A DNA stretch of 64,000 bases. Origin: Azolla caroliniana. Its lineage: Eukaryota > Plantae > Polypodiophyta. The notes under the pieces were generated by a model. That model searched no databases and was not told the origin of the DNA. It saw only the letters and a program-made list of their open reading frames with translations. The DNA is taken from contig JBHGNT010000022.1 of NCBI GenBank assembly GCA_043228905.1, forward strand, positions 3,782,001 to 3,846,000. Direction: 5' to 3'. The translations under genes and the position numbers were made by a program. Positions 1 through 12,000 of the stretch are shown here, piece after piece; the first letter of the stretch is position 1, and every line of letters starts with the position of its first letter.

Positions 1-1
1 G

Positions 2-2281
2 GAACTAAACGGACTGGCCGAGAGGTTGAACCCGACCATAATGGAGAGGGTCCGGAGTATGCTAGCGCATGCAAAACTACCCAAGAAGTTTTGGGCTGAG
101 GCATTGTCGACGGCGACATACGTGATAAACAGATCACCCTCAGTACCCTTGGACGGAGACACGCCACAGAGAGTGTGGACCGGTAAGGAAGTATCCTACC
201 AGCATCTGAAGGTGTTCGGGTGTCTTGCGTACGTGCATGTAGCTAAGGACCGGAGAGGAAAGTTAGATCCAAAGACCCGGCCATGCATATTCCTCGGTTA
301 CGGTGACGATGAGTTCGGCTACCGAGTGTGGGACCTGGTCGACAAGAAGGTATTCCGGAGTCGAGATATTATCTTCATGGAGGACAAGACGCTCGCCGAT
401 TGGGAGTCGGAGAAGAAGATAATGAACTCCGAGTCGACCGGTAAGGATCGACTCTACGATGAGCAAACCCAACCGGCAAGAGACCGGTTAGCACTCGAGG
501 GACCAGCCGGTTACGGTGAGGATACCGAACAGACTGAAGAAGAAGTAGAGGAAGCTGAAACCGGAACCGGCCAAGACCCCGAATCAAATTCGGATGCAGA
601 GCAAATAGAGGAGCCGGTTACCGAAGCCCAGAGACGGAGATATCCTCTAAGAGAAAGAAGGGCCCCCCGGAGATTTGCGGATGGAGAGCATGTGCTGCTA
701 ACCGATGAGGGGGAGCCGGAAAGCTTCCAAGAAGTGAAGGATGACACCCACAGCCGAAAATGGTTAAGTGCCATGCAGGACGAGGTGGATTCCCTACATG
801 AGAACCATACGTACGAATTGGTGGAGTTGCCGAAAGGAAAGCGGGCACTCCGAAACAAGTGGGTGTACAAGTTGAAACTGGGAGATGCCGACAAACCCCC
901 GAGATACAAAGCCGGGATCGTGGTGAAGGGGTTCCAGCAGAAGAAGGGCATGGACTTCGACGAGATATTTGCCCCGATAGTAAAGATGACCTCCATCCGG
1001 ACGGTGCTGAGTATAGCGGCAAGCATGGACCTCGAGGTAGAGCAACTAGACGTGAAGACGGCATTCCTTCACGGCGACCTCGAAGAGGAGATCTACATGC
1101 AGCAACCGGAAGGATTCGTGGATAAAGGGAAGGAGCACCTGGTATGCCGGTTGAAGAAGAGCCTCTACGGGTTGAAGCAGGCCCCTCGACAATGGTACCG
1201 GAAGTTCGACTCCTTCATGGCCGATCAAGGGTACCGCAAGACGCAGGCCGATCACTACGTGTTTGGGAAGAAGTTTGAAGGAGGCAACTTCCTAATACTC
1301 CTTCTTTATGTGGACGACATGTTGATCGTCGAACGGGACCAAGTCAAAATACGGATGCTGAAGAAGGCTCTCAACCGGACCTTCTCAATGAAAGACTTGG
1401 GTCCGGCAAGACAGATGTTGGGGATGCACATCACTTGGGACCGGTCAACGAAGCAATTATGGCTGTCACAGGAGAAGTACGTGACAAAGGTGCTTCACCT
1501 GTTCAACATGTCAAATGCGAAACCGGTCGGATCGACACTTCCGGCAAACTGCAAGTTATCCGGTAAGCAAAGCCCAAAGACGAAAGTAGAGAAGGCGGAT
1601 ATGATGAAGATTCCATATGCCTCTGCCGTCGGGAGCTTGATGTACGCAATGGTTTGTACCAGACCGGATATAGGATACGCAGTCGGAGTGGTGAGCCGGT
1701 TTATGAGCAATCCCGGCAAGGAGCACTGGAACGCGGTCAAATGGATACTCCGGTATTTGAAGGGCACTTCAGATATGTGTCTCCGATTCGGCTCCGGAAA
1801 ACCTCAACTTGACGGTTTCACCGATTCGGACATGTCGGCTGATGTGGATACCAGCCGGTCCACATCCGGGTATGTAATGACATATGCAGGGGGAGCTGTT
1901 TCATGGCAGTCGAGGCTGCAGAAGACGGTTGTGTTAACCACGGAGGCGGAGTACATGGCGGCTGTGAAAACCGGCAAGGAAATATTATGGATGAAGGACT
2001 TCATCGGAGAGCTCGGTATCCGCCAAGATGAATACCGGCTCTATTGCGACAGCCAAAGTGCCATCCACCTTGCTAAGAATGCGGCCTACCATTCCCGGAC
2101 GAAGCATATCCAGCGAAGGTATCACTGGATCCGGGAAAGAGTAGATGACCAGGAGTTCGCGCTGACGAAGATCCACACGGTCGAGAACGAGTCAGATATG
2201 CTGACCAAAGTGTTGATACCCGACAAGCTGGATGAATGCCGGAAGAGGATCGGACTGGTAAGACACCCCATGCCGGAGTGA
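2..2281 (+). CDS. pol: Copia pol, partial (integrase C-terminus, reverse transcriptase, RNase H)
   Basis: The frame is open from the window edge (ELNGLAER). Motifs: [69 protein letters not shown]. Confidence 0.95.
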   Translation, partial: ELNGLAERLNPTIMERVRSMLAHAKLPKKFWAEALSTATYVINRSPSVPLDGDTPQRVWTGKEVSYQHLKVFGCLAYVHVAKDRRGKLDPKTRPCIFLGYGDDEFGYRVWDLVDKKVFRSRDIIFMEDKTLADWESEKKIMNSESTGKDRLYDEQTQPARDRLALEGPAGYGEDTEQTEEEVEEAETGTGQDPESNSDAEQIEEPVTEAQRRRYPLRERRAPRRFADGEHVLLTDEGEPESFQEVKDDTHSRKWLSAMQDEVDSLHENHTYELVELPKGKRALRNKWVYKLKLGDADKPPRYKAGIVVKGFQQKKGMDFDEIFAPIVKMTSIRTVLSIAASMDLEVEQLDVKTAFLHGDLEEEIYMQQPEGFVDKGKEHLVCRLKKSLYGLKQAPRQWYRKFDSFMADQGYRKTQADHYVFGKKFEGGNFLILLLYVDDMLIVERDQVKIRMLKKALNRTFSMKDLGPARQMLGMHITWDRSTKQLWLSQEKYVTKVLHLFNMSNAKPVGSTLPANCKLSGKQSPKTKVEKADMMKIPYASAVGSLMYAMVCTRPDIGYAVGVVSRFMSNPGKEHWNAVKWILRYLKGTSDMCLRFGSGKPQLDGFTDSDMSADVDTSRSTSGYVMTYAGGAVSWQSRLQKTVVLTTEAEYMAAVKTGKEILWMKDFIGELGIRQDEYRLYCDSQSAIHLAKNAAYHSRTKHIQRRYHWIRERVDDQEFALTKIHTVENESDMLTKVLIPDKLDECRKRIGLVRHPMPE

Positions 2282-2291
2282 AGGGGGAGTT

Positions 2292-3149
2292 TGTTGGGAG
2301 ACAGGTCCCTCCGGATGGGAAGAGAGAAGAACAGTGCCGATTAACAAACTAGGCCGAGGCCGAAACCGGATGAGGAGTACCCGTCTACGAAGAGCCGGAT
2401 GATATAGACCCGGTGAAGACCGGATGAGGAGTACCCGGCTACGGAGAGACGGATGGTATAGACCCGGTGAAGACCGGATGAGGAGTACCTGGCTACGGAG
2501 AGCCGGATGGTATAGACCCGGTGAAGACCGAATGAGGAGTACCCAGCTACGGAGAGCCGGATGGTATAGACCCGGTGAAGACCGGATGAGGAGTACCCGG
2601 CTACGGAGAGCCGGATGGTACAAACCCGGTGAGAACCGGATGAGGAGTACTCGGCTACGAAGAGCCGGATGGTGCAGACCCGGTGAGAACCGGATGAAGA
2701 GACATATTCGTAAATATGTTTCTGAGAGTCCATCATGGCTATATTTGTAAATAGCCGAAAAGTCATATTAGTATAAATATGACTTAGGGAAAACTTTTAA
2801 CTTGTGTTATTGTCATTCTTGTTGGTGCAAGGAGAGACACAGCGCGTAACTGTGTACAGAGAGAGAGGGAGAGAAAGAGGTCGTTGCCTTAGTTGTAACC
2901 GCCGCCTGTGGCGAAGATCGTGAGCACAAGGTCGTTGCCTCCGTGAACTCATTGTTGTACATTCTTACATAGTGATAGTTTGCAGCCTGTGGGCTGCCGT
3001 GGTTTTTTCCCTTAGTTTGGGGTTTTCCACGTAAACCTCCTGTGTACGCTTCTCTTCTTTGTGTCGTTTATTATTTCCCATTTTCTGTGTATGATTCTAA
3101 GCTTGGTTGTGGCCGAGCGTTGTGGATAAGGAGCATTGAGCTCCCGTCA
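2292..3149 (+). repeat. 3' LTR of Copia-1 (~858 bp)
   Basis: Starts with TG 2 nt after the PPT. Ends CTCCCGTCA, an imperfect inverse of TGTTGGGAG. TATAAAT at ~2772. Confidence 0.85.
2366..2700 (+). repeat. 54-bp tandem repeat, 6 full copies plus a partial, inside the LTR U3
   Basis: The unit start CCGGATGAGGAGTAC (with minor variants) recurs at 2366, 2420, 2474, 2528, 2582, 2636 and partially at 2690. Confidence 0.95.
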
Positions 3150-3906
3150 GGGGGAGCTGGAAAGCTTCGATGAAGCAAAGAAAGACACCCACTACCGCAA
3201 ATGGTTAAGTGTCGTGCAAGATGAGATGGATTCCCTACATTAGAACCACACATATGAATTGACGGAACTGCCGAAAGGAAAGAGAGCACTCTAGAACAAG
3301 TGGGTGTACAAGCTGAAACCGAGAGACGACGGAAATCCACCAAGGTATACGGCCTGCATTGTGGTGAATGGCTTCCAGCAGAAGAAAGGAGTGTATGTTG
3401 ATGAGATCTTTGCCCCAGTAGTGAAGATAACATCCATCCACACGGTGTTGAGCATAGAGGCAAGCACAGACTTCAAGGTAGAGCAACTAGACGTCAAGAC
3501 GACATTCCTACATGGAGACCTCAAAGAAGAGATCTACATGCAACAACCAGAAGCATTTGTCAAGAAAGCTTATACGGAGTGAAGCAAGCTCCCTTGAAAT
3601 GGTACCACAAGAAGTTTAACTCCTTCATGATCGATCAAGGATACCACAAGACACAGGCTGAGCACTGTGTATTTGTGAAGAAGTTCGACGCAGGAGACTT
3701 CCTAATACTACTTCTCTATGTTGATGACATGTTGATCATCAAACCGGGCGGATAAAAATCAGAAATCTGAAGAAGGCCTTGAACCGGACCTTCTCAATGA
3801 AAGATCTAGGTCCGCCAAGACAGATATTGGGGATGCACATAGTCTGGGACCGTACGAAGAAGCTATTGTGACTATCACAAGAAAAGTACGTGACAAAGAT
3901 CCTTCA
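3150..3906 (+). pseudogene. Older degenerate RT fragment of the Copia-1 family
   Basis: Colinear with ~708-1498 of Copia-1, with stops and frameshifts (QLDVKTTFLHGDL, YVDDM). Confidence 0.9.
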
Positions 3907-4024
3907 TGAAGCGGAAGTGTATGCGGAAACGTATGAGGATTTGTCTCAATTCGTACTCAGAAAACATCACAAACAGAGAAACAAAGATATACACCGTTTG
4001 AAGCTTTAATGGAAGCTCTATTAC

Positions 4025-4068
<44 letters not shown>

Positions 4069-4745
4069 AGACTCGATATCCGATATATGATCAATAATAT
4101 TATTCTTTACAACGTTAGGTTATTGCTTATATACTGAGCACTAACTATGTGGACGAATTCACACTAGAATACAAAGTGGCATTTTATGCCAACAAACTTC
4201 CCCATAAAAGGACTACTCTTTCCTACATGTACATGTCTTTGGGGTTGTCTCCCCCGTAAACTTAGACTACAACACTAATCTAGATTTATGTTACAAGTCG
4301 GTCAGCATATAGTCGAGTCAGAATAGGTGAGGTTCCTGTTGAGCCTAGCATGGCCCATTATCATGATTGATTCAGTCGACTCTTACCTTCTGCTCCTCGT
4401 TCGACTTTCTTCTCCTTAATTGCTTGTCGTAGTCCCATCTTTGTCCTTAGTGCTCCGAAGAGTTGATTTGGGAGTGGCTTTGTCAGGCAATCAGCGATGT
4501 TCACCTTGGTGTCGATCTTCCGGACTTCGAGCTTCTTCTTGGTTGTGAGCTCCTAGATGTGATGATACCGCACCTCAATATGCTTCATCTTTGTGTGATA
4601 GACGGGATTGGTGATGAGGTGTATTGTGCTCTATTAGTAGCAATAGATGGTTGGCGTAGGTCGGTCGGTTTGGCTTATAGTTGAGAAGTCGGCGGACAGT
4701 CGATGCATCCAGATCGCTTCCTTCGATTCCTCTGATGCTGCTATG
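3907..4745 (-). mobile_element. Copia-3, 3' end: RNase H remnant, PPT and 3' LTR (3907-4194)
   Basis: TG...CA block 3907-4194 is followed by the reverse complement of a PPT (AACTTCCCC). Minus-strand translation gives NPVYHTKMKHIEVRYHHI...NIADCLTKPLP. The element continues at 37625. Confidence 0.85.
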
Positions 4746-5498
4746 TGTGAAAGTGTTTTTAGAATTCAAGGTATTGAAGTCTACAAGAATATAAGGTATG
4801 GATCATTCACATCCGGAGGTCAAGAACACGAATCAAGGTCTTGAGGATAAGTCAAACTAAAAGCAAGATACATGGAGAAAAGTAAAAGAAAAAAGCGGGC
4901 CACCAAAATACAATCTAAAACGAACGCTCATAATGCATTCGTTCAAATAAAGGTTGGAAAGCTTGTAAAGAGAGCTATCTGTAGCTTATTAAATCTCTAA
5001 AGTTGTGTTATGTTAACTCTTAGGGCCGGACAATGGCCTAACACAGGGTGTCTACGGAAGACACTTCACCAAAGGGTGTTACGGCAACCGGATTAGACTC
5101 AACACTTACTCCGACTTAATTAAGTTACTTAGCATGATCATCTTTCATAATCACACGCGTAAGATATAACAATTAAGACAGAATGGCAATTAACACAGAG
5201 AGATAACAACGCTAAGCTTTTATTAATTAACCGCTATTCATTACATTGTATCCGGGCCTTTAAATAGGTTTCCGGTCTGTATTACAAAACGGTGCCATCC
5301 GCACCTGTTCGGGATCGGTCCGGATCCGGAACGGCATACGATTCCGGTCTGTCCGTCCACACTCATAGCTTAATTACAACCACATTCCTACTACTTAAAT
5401 AACTCTCCATTTCCCACTCTGGACTCCTTTGCCGGCCGGTAACACATGGCACGCCCGTGGGACAGTACCTTGTACGTCGAATCCACAACCGACCCTTG

Positions 5499-8400
5499 CT
5501 ATTCTTCGTCGAAAATATCCAGAATGCTTTGTTCGAGAGTCTCCAATGGTTCATCTGGAATTGGTTGTTGTTGTTGTTGCTGGTGCTCTGTTGACGTCTG
5601 CTGCGATGGGTCCGTTGATGGCTGCTGATGCTGCTCCTCCGTTTGTTGCTCTGACACCGGCGTCTCCATCATTGCTCCCTTCGTCGTAGTGGTCTCCGGT
5701 TGACTGGTTCCGGGCTGGCCCTCAGCCGGCGACGGTTCCTCATCACTAAGGTTAACCGTTGCCGCTTCCCGTGCTTTTTCTTCCCGAACCCGGGACCGCT
5801 CGTAGCTTTCAAACTGGATTTGAGTGTCCAGCCTATCATCGTCTAGTTGAGCTACGAGCTGCCTAAATTGCGCTAGCTGTTCATCCGCCAGGACTTGGAA
5901 GTCGTCGGCCAGCTCGTCCCGTATGGCGGTGAAGTCCTCGGAAGTCAACGTATAACAATCATCTCCTTCCTTCCGCCCGTTTGCCACGTCTGCCCGTAGC
6001 AACTGGAGTTCCGCCGTGTAAAAAGAAACATGCGGAAGCAAGTATGAAGACCGAACAGAAGAGAGGAAACTCAGGTTTAATGGAGAGCCTGGGCTTACGC
6101 AGTATACACGGGAGAGACAGAGAGAGAAACACAAAAAACTATATTCAACAATAATACACAATCTCTGTACATAGGACGTGCTCAGTGAGCACTTTTATAC
6201 AAGTCCTAAAAGGACTGACCGAAGGACTGACCGTACTTCAATGCTCTTTAAGAGCCCCTACACTAACTCCCAAATATATTCCTCACGGAATATCTTTCCT
6301 AATGCCCTCCCGGTTTATGCACTCGGCCTAACCGATCGGTCCCAACCGATCCGGTCCTCGGCTTCTTCAGCCGATCCGGCCGATGTTGAGCTTGTCTCTC
6401 AACACGCCGCGTTTTGTGCCCACTTTGTCCACCATTTTACGGAGCTTTCATCAATCAAGTGTTTTGTCTGATTCAGCCATGCCCGGAGGATGGACTGAAT
6501 CCGGCCCGTTCCCAATTGCGATTTGGTTTCCGCCGCTTGCCGTTCCTCCTTCAGTTGCTTGATGATTTTTACGTTGTCTTCCGCCTGCGCCTTGTAATGC
6601 GTCAATTGCCATTGATATGTGCTTTGTAATTTCTGCAATATTGTTGACGTTGTCTCTTTATCTTCCTGCTGCTGCCTCTGGAGCTCCATCCGGACCTTCT
6701 CCGCCTCGTCCAACCATCTTGTATTTTCCGCACGTTCGTCGGCGATCGCCGTTGCGACCTGATCAACTTCCTGCTAGAGCTCGGCCATCCATTCCTTATG
6801 CTCCGTTTCCAGCTGTTTGTAGTCCCGGTGCAGGTGCTCAAAATCATCTGTCTTTTGCTTGAGCCATGCGTTGATCTGTCAACGGGCCCGGTCCTCGCGG
6901 TCCTTCTGTTGGCGGAGCTCTTCCTTTAGCTGTTCAATTTCTGTTTCCGCCGTCTTCCGCAGCTTGTCCTTTTCCTGCAGCACTTTGTCTTTTTCCTCCT
7001 TTAGCCGGTCGTATGCTTGATGGCCTTTCCAAAGGCTCTCCTCTGCCTGGCGGAGGTTCTCAACAGTCTTCTTTAATTCGGCTTCTGCCGCTGTCTTCAA
7101 TTCCCGTTCACGGCTCCTTAGCGCTTCTTGTGCAGCAAGTTCATCTCTCAATTCCGCAAGCTCCTGGGCTTGCGCCGCATCTCTCGCCGGAACGGTTTCC
7201 GTTGCCGGGTCTTATTGGTATGTACAAGTCGATCCGTTTCTTTATTCTGTACACTTACCGGAGTCACCGGTGATTGGATCTGTGTTGCCGTTAAGGCCAT
7301 TTTGGCCATCTCTGTCATGACCTGATCCAAGTCTTTTTCAAGGCACCAGATTCTGGACCGGGCCGTCTCTAGTTGTTCGGTTGTGATGAGCAACCGTTGG
7401 CTTTGCGCTCTTTCTTCCGCCTCAATGTACCCCACTACTCCGGCTATCTGATCGCCTATCCACTGGAGCCACAGGCTACCGGTGCCTTGTTGTGCTTGCA
7501 CGGAGGTTTGACAGATGGGCTCACTTGTAGATGGGTGGTCCCGCCTGGTTGCGCCGAGTTGCAGTTCCGTTTCTACCCGTGGACCACCCTGTTGTTCTGG
7601 TTCTCCTTGCACTTCTTCTTGGCTGGCCGAGGGAGGCTGCATTAACCTTTCCGGCTCTGGCGGGATGGGACTTGCCGATGTTGCCAGTGGTGCCGGGCTT
7701 CTGATTCTGGTGCCATGCGCACCGGTTCCGATTCCTTCCTTGGCGTGGGAGTCTCAGTATGGGGAGCCGGTGTTCCCTCCGTCTGAGGGTCCGAACGTTT
7801 CCCGGCTGCCTCAACGGTCCTGCCGACGACCATCGCTGGAGGTGCTCCGTCAGCTCCTCCTCTATTTCCTCTTCCTGAGTCCCGGCATTGACTTTTGCCA
7901 CCAAGGGATCCGCTTCTCTATTCACCGGTCGGCGGAGTGTAACCTTTACGGGCCGTGCCGGTGGTTCCTCTTGCGCATCCGTTGGCCGCTTCCGGCTGCC
8001 GCTCTCCTTTCCCGCCTGTTCTACATCCGTTGCCTTTCCCTTAGTAGCCTTAGAGGCCAACAACTGTTGTCGTTTGGAAGCCATCTTTGGGGTGTCGTCC
8101 GCCATTCTTCCTCGCTTCTTGGGCTGGACGGGCTGGACGGGTGGCACAAACAAGGTGAGCCACTGCGTTACGGTGTGCCATATCCTCCGTCCATCTCGGC
8201 CTTCTTTGCCGTCCTTGCCTCTGACGATCTCGATCGCCGCACACAACCCGTCTGCGATCAATACCGGCCAATCCACCTTGATCCCTTCATAGGTGGTGAT
8301 GATCATCCCTGCCCGGTTCTACGGCATGACAGGGGGTCTAGGGTACACGTGGCCGTATTCGTGGAGCACACGAGCAATCTCGCGGAACAGCATATCTCCG

Positions 8401-8675
8401 CCGCCCTATGTCCGGTAGCCCTTGCTGGCTAGAGAGTACTCACCAAAATACCTAATGAGTTGCTCCGGGGTTGGATTGTCAATCGTGAGTATGCCTCCCT
8501 CCGGAAGGCCTGTTAACGCTCGAATCGCCTCTGCCGTTATGACCTCTGTGTCGATTTCTTTGATCACTTTGTCGGCTTCTTTGTGTGGCGGTACTTCCAT
8601 CATCATCAAGAAGCCCTCGAGCCCGTGTTGCTTTAGCCATGTCTTGGCGGCTTCCGACAGCGTTTGCGGGTCCAT
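5499..8675 (-). pseudogene. Gypsy-B accessory ORF (~900 aa reconstructed): globular N-terminus, linker, long coiled coil
   Basis: Fragments 8675-8406, 8306-7521, 7642-7148, 7151-6879, 6713-6405 and 6016-5499 join across stops, frameshifts and the solo LTR (…KWAQNAA|ELQLLRAD…). Confidence 0.75.
6017..6404 (-). mobile_element. Copia solo LTR (388 bp), related to the LTRs at 30963 and 36240
   Basis: TG...CA ends, TSD CGCCG on both sides. Shares GAGCACTTTTATACAAGTCC and the GAGCTTGT...CTCAACA end with the Copia-D LTRs. Confidence 0.92.
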
Positions 8676-9042
8676 GTCTGCGTCGAGGTCGGACTGCGGT
8701 GGCGAGGTTGGATGGTGATCAGAGTGAGGTTGAGAGAGAGAGAGTTCAGAAGGCGGGGGTTCTCTGTGCGCAGGTTCTCATTTGATGATCTTGCAGCGTC
8801 TTGGTGCTTCTGTGCTCCTGGGTTCGCGAAAGTAAAGGGTCTCTACGCGCAGTGGTTTTGGTCTGTGCATTCTGGTGCCTTTTTCGAGTGTGTGCATGTT
8901 GTGTACTAAAATAGCATTATGTCCTGTGGTGGCGCTTTAAATGCCCACTACGTACCTTTTCGCTCCTCACTCTTTCATCCATTCATTCCTCGTTTTTGCA
9001 TGATTGTTTTTTTTTTTTTTTTTAATTTAATTTAGTGTGACG

Positions 9043-12000
9043 TTACTTGTCCGTTGGTCCTCTCGGACCCTTACCGGCCTCATTTTCCCCAGTTACCGGC
9101 TCGCCGTCTCTGTCGTCTTGGTGGTTGCCGTTTCCCTCACTAGTGTCGGTCCTTTGCTCAAATGGGTTCTTAGGCATCGGTCCTCTATATGGCTTCAATC
9201 GGAATCCGTTGACCCATTTACCTAGCACTTCGCCGGCAAGTGTCCCTAACTGGTAGGACCCATTATACTCCCGTGTTAGCCAATACGGTCCGGTCCATCT
9301 AAACCGTAGTTTACCCGGCATCTTGCCCATCCAGGTCTAAAATACTAACACCGGTTTGCCGATTGCGAACATTTTTTCGTTCCCTTTCCTGTGTCGGTCG
9401 ACAAATGCTTTCCGTCGCCGTTGCTCTAATTCTAAGTGCAGGATGTTGGCCAGTCGTTGTTCCTCGAGTTCACACAGCGTTGTCAACCGTATTGCCTCCG
9501 ACTCCTTCTCGTTCAGCCGTTCCCGTAGCTGGATCCGTAAGCTGGGTACTTGGAATTCCACCGGCATTACCACCTCTAGTCCGAACGCTAACCGGAACGG
9601 TGTTGTTCGGATGCTCGTCTTGTATGCCGTCCGGTATGCCCAAAGCGCGCTATGTAGCTTGGTATCCCAATCCGTTCGGTTTTCGTTGACGATCTTCCGG
9701 AGGATATTCTGGAGCGTCTTGTTCGTTGATTCCGCTAAACCATTTGCTTGCGGATAGTAAGGTGTGCTCCGTTTGTGGACAACGGCATAGAATGTTGTCA
9801 GGCTTCCCACTACTTGGCCGAGAAAGTGCCCCCCTTGATCGCTTATTAATTCGATTGGGCATCCGTAACGGCACCAGATGTACTCGTATAGAAATTTCGC
9901 CATTGACGCAGCGGTGTTGTCCCTTAAAGCTTTGGCCTCCACCCATTTCGTGCAGTAATCCGTCGCGACGATGACGTACCGATTACCCGTTCTCATTGCC
10001 GGTGGCTTGAACGGTCCTACAAAGTCCAGCCCCCACTTCTGGAATGGCTCAAGTGGTAGTACCGACTGGTGTGGCATACGAGCCTGTTCCGTTGGCTGGC
10101 CCATTCGCTGGCATAGGTCACATTCTTTTGTGTATCGTACCGCATCTCTTAATGTCGTTGGCCACCATAGGCCACTTTGCCATATTTTCCTAGTCGTCGC
10201 ATCTCCGGCATAGTGACCTCCGGCAACTCCGCAGTGGGCTTCCCTCAGTATCAGTTCCTTTTCATCGCTGCGCACCACCCGTCTCCATATGCCATCCGCG
10301 CCCTTGTGGTAAAGTGTGTCTTGCAGTAAGCAAAAATGTCGGCTTTGCACCGCCAAGCGTTTCCGTTCGTCCCGGTTCATCTCCTCCGGAGGCAGTCCTG
10401 TGCTCAGAAACTAGTGCATATTTGTGAGCCACTTGTCTTCCTGTGCCACCGTTTCATCTGCTGCCGTCTCCGTAGTGACTCGAAACAGCTCCGCATCCGG
10501 AAACTCATCCGCTACTTCGTCACCCGTCTCTCCGGACTCTAATCGGCTTAAGTAATCCGCCACGGCATGCTGTATATCGGGTCGGTGGAATATTTCAAAC
10601 TCAAACTCCTATAACAGTAAGGTCCACCGGGCCAATTTTCCGGTGAGTGACGCTTTGGACACCAGGTAAAGGAGTGTCGAATGATCTACATGGAAGGAAA
10701 ACTTCCTTCCCAATAAATAATGCCGAAACTTTGTCACACTATAGATCATCCCTAGAGCTTCCCGTTCCGTGGTAGAGTAGTTCCGTTCTGCTTGGGATAG
10801 GTTTCAGCTGGCATAGTACACTGGCCGGTACCACTTTGGCTCCGTAAGCAGCATCAGTACGCTTCCGATTGCGATGTCGGAGGCGTCCACGAACACGTGA
10901 AATTCTTTACTCCAATCCAGAGGCTGCACTACTGGTGCCTGCGACAATAGTACCTTGAGGGCCCTATACGCCCTATCCTCGATGTCGGTCCACTAGAATG
11001 GTGTCCGATGTACGGCGGCATGCAACGGTGTAGCCAGGTCGGCCAAGTATCGGAGCATCCGGCTGTGCCACCGGATCTGGCCTAAGAACCAGCTTAATAC
11101 CTTTGCCGTTGCCGGCGCCGGTGCTTCTAATATGGCTTTCACTTTGTCTGGGTCGACTGCAATACCTTCCTGGCTCACAATATGTCCTAATAGAGTTCCA
11201 CTAGATACGCCAAATACACACTTTGCCGGATTCAAGCTTAGCCGGTACGCTCTACACTTTTCAAGACAAAGGCGAAGGTGCTGAAAATGGTCCTCCTCCC
11301 GGCTATAGACGGCGAAATCGTCAAGGAAAACCTGCATAAAAGCCGGAATATATTCACCAAAGATTTCCATGATGATACGTTGAAATGTTGCCAGTGCCGT
11401 TTTGAGTCCAAACATCATCACCACGGCCACAAACACCCCCCATTCGGTGACGAAAGCCGTTTTCTCTTGGTCGTCGGGGTGCATCCGGATCTGATTATAC
11501 CCGCTGAATCCGTCTAGGAAACTATAGATCTCATGGCCGGCGACGGCATCCAACACTCCATCTGTGAACGGAAGTGGAAACGCATCCGTTACCGTAGCTG
11601 CATTGAGTTTCCGGTAGTCCACACAAACTCGAATTTTTCCGTTCTTCTTCGGTACGACTACGATCGGGCTCAGCCATGTCACTTTCTTTACCGGACGGAT
11701 AAAGCCAACTCTTATTAGTTTGTCGATTTCCTCCTTGACTTTGGCGGCATAATTGGGATTCATCCGGTACCGTCTTTGTGCCACTGGTTTTGCGTCCTTG
11801 CTCAAGTGCACTTGATGCTGGTACAACTGAGGGTTGAGTCCTCGCATATCTTCGTATGACCAAGCGAAAACATCGCGAAATTCCGTGAGAAGTGTGATCA
11901 TCGCCATTTTGTCCTCGACCTTCATCTCCTTGGCGATGTGCACCGGTTTTGCTTCGTCCGTGGTCCCTAGGTTCACCTCTTCCAGTTGCGACGCTTTTAC

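Larger units (their letters stand above)
1..3149 (+). mobile_element. Ty1/Copia LTR retrotransposon (Copia-1), 5' part outside window, apparently young
   Basis: Open INT-RT-RNaseH frame. PPT AAGGGGGAG at 2281-2289. 3' LTR TGTTGGGAG...CTCCCGTCA at 2292-3149. Confidence 0.95.

Noticed and set aside
2366-2700. CRISPR-like array (also considered at 16035-16570 and 58410-58682)
   Set aside because: No unique spacers, no cas genes, eukaryotic context.
2192-2766. Three ORFs with 18-aa repeats
   Set aside because: They are translations of the 54-bp LTR tandem repeat; no evidence of a gene.
7515-8432. 305-aa plus-strand ORF and many similar antisense ORFs in GC-rich elements
   Set aside because: Shadow frames of minus-strand retrotransposon coding sequence.
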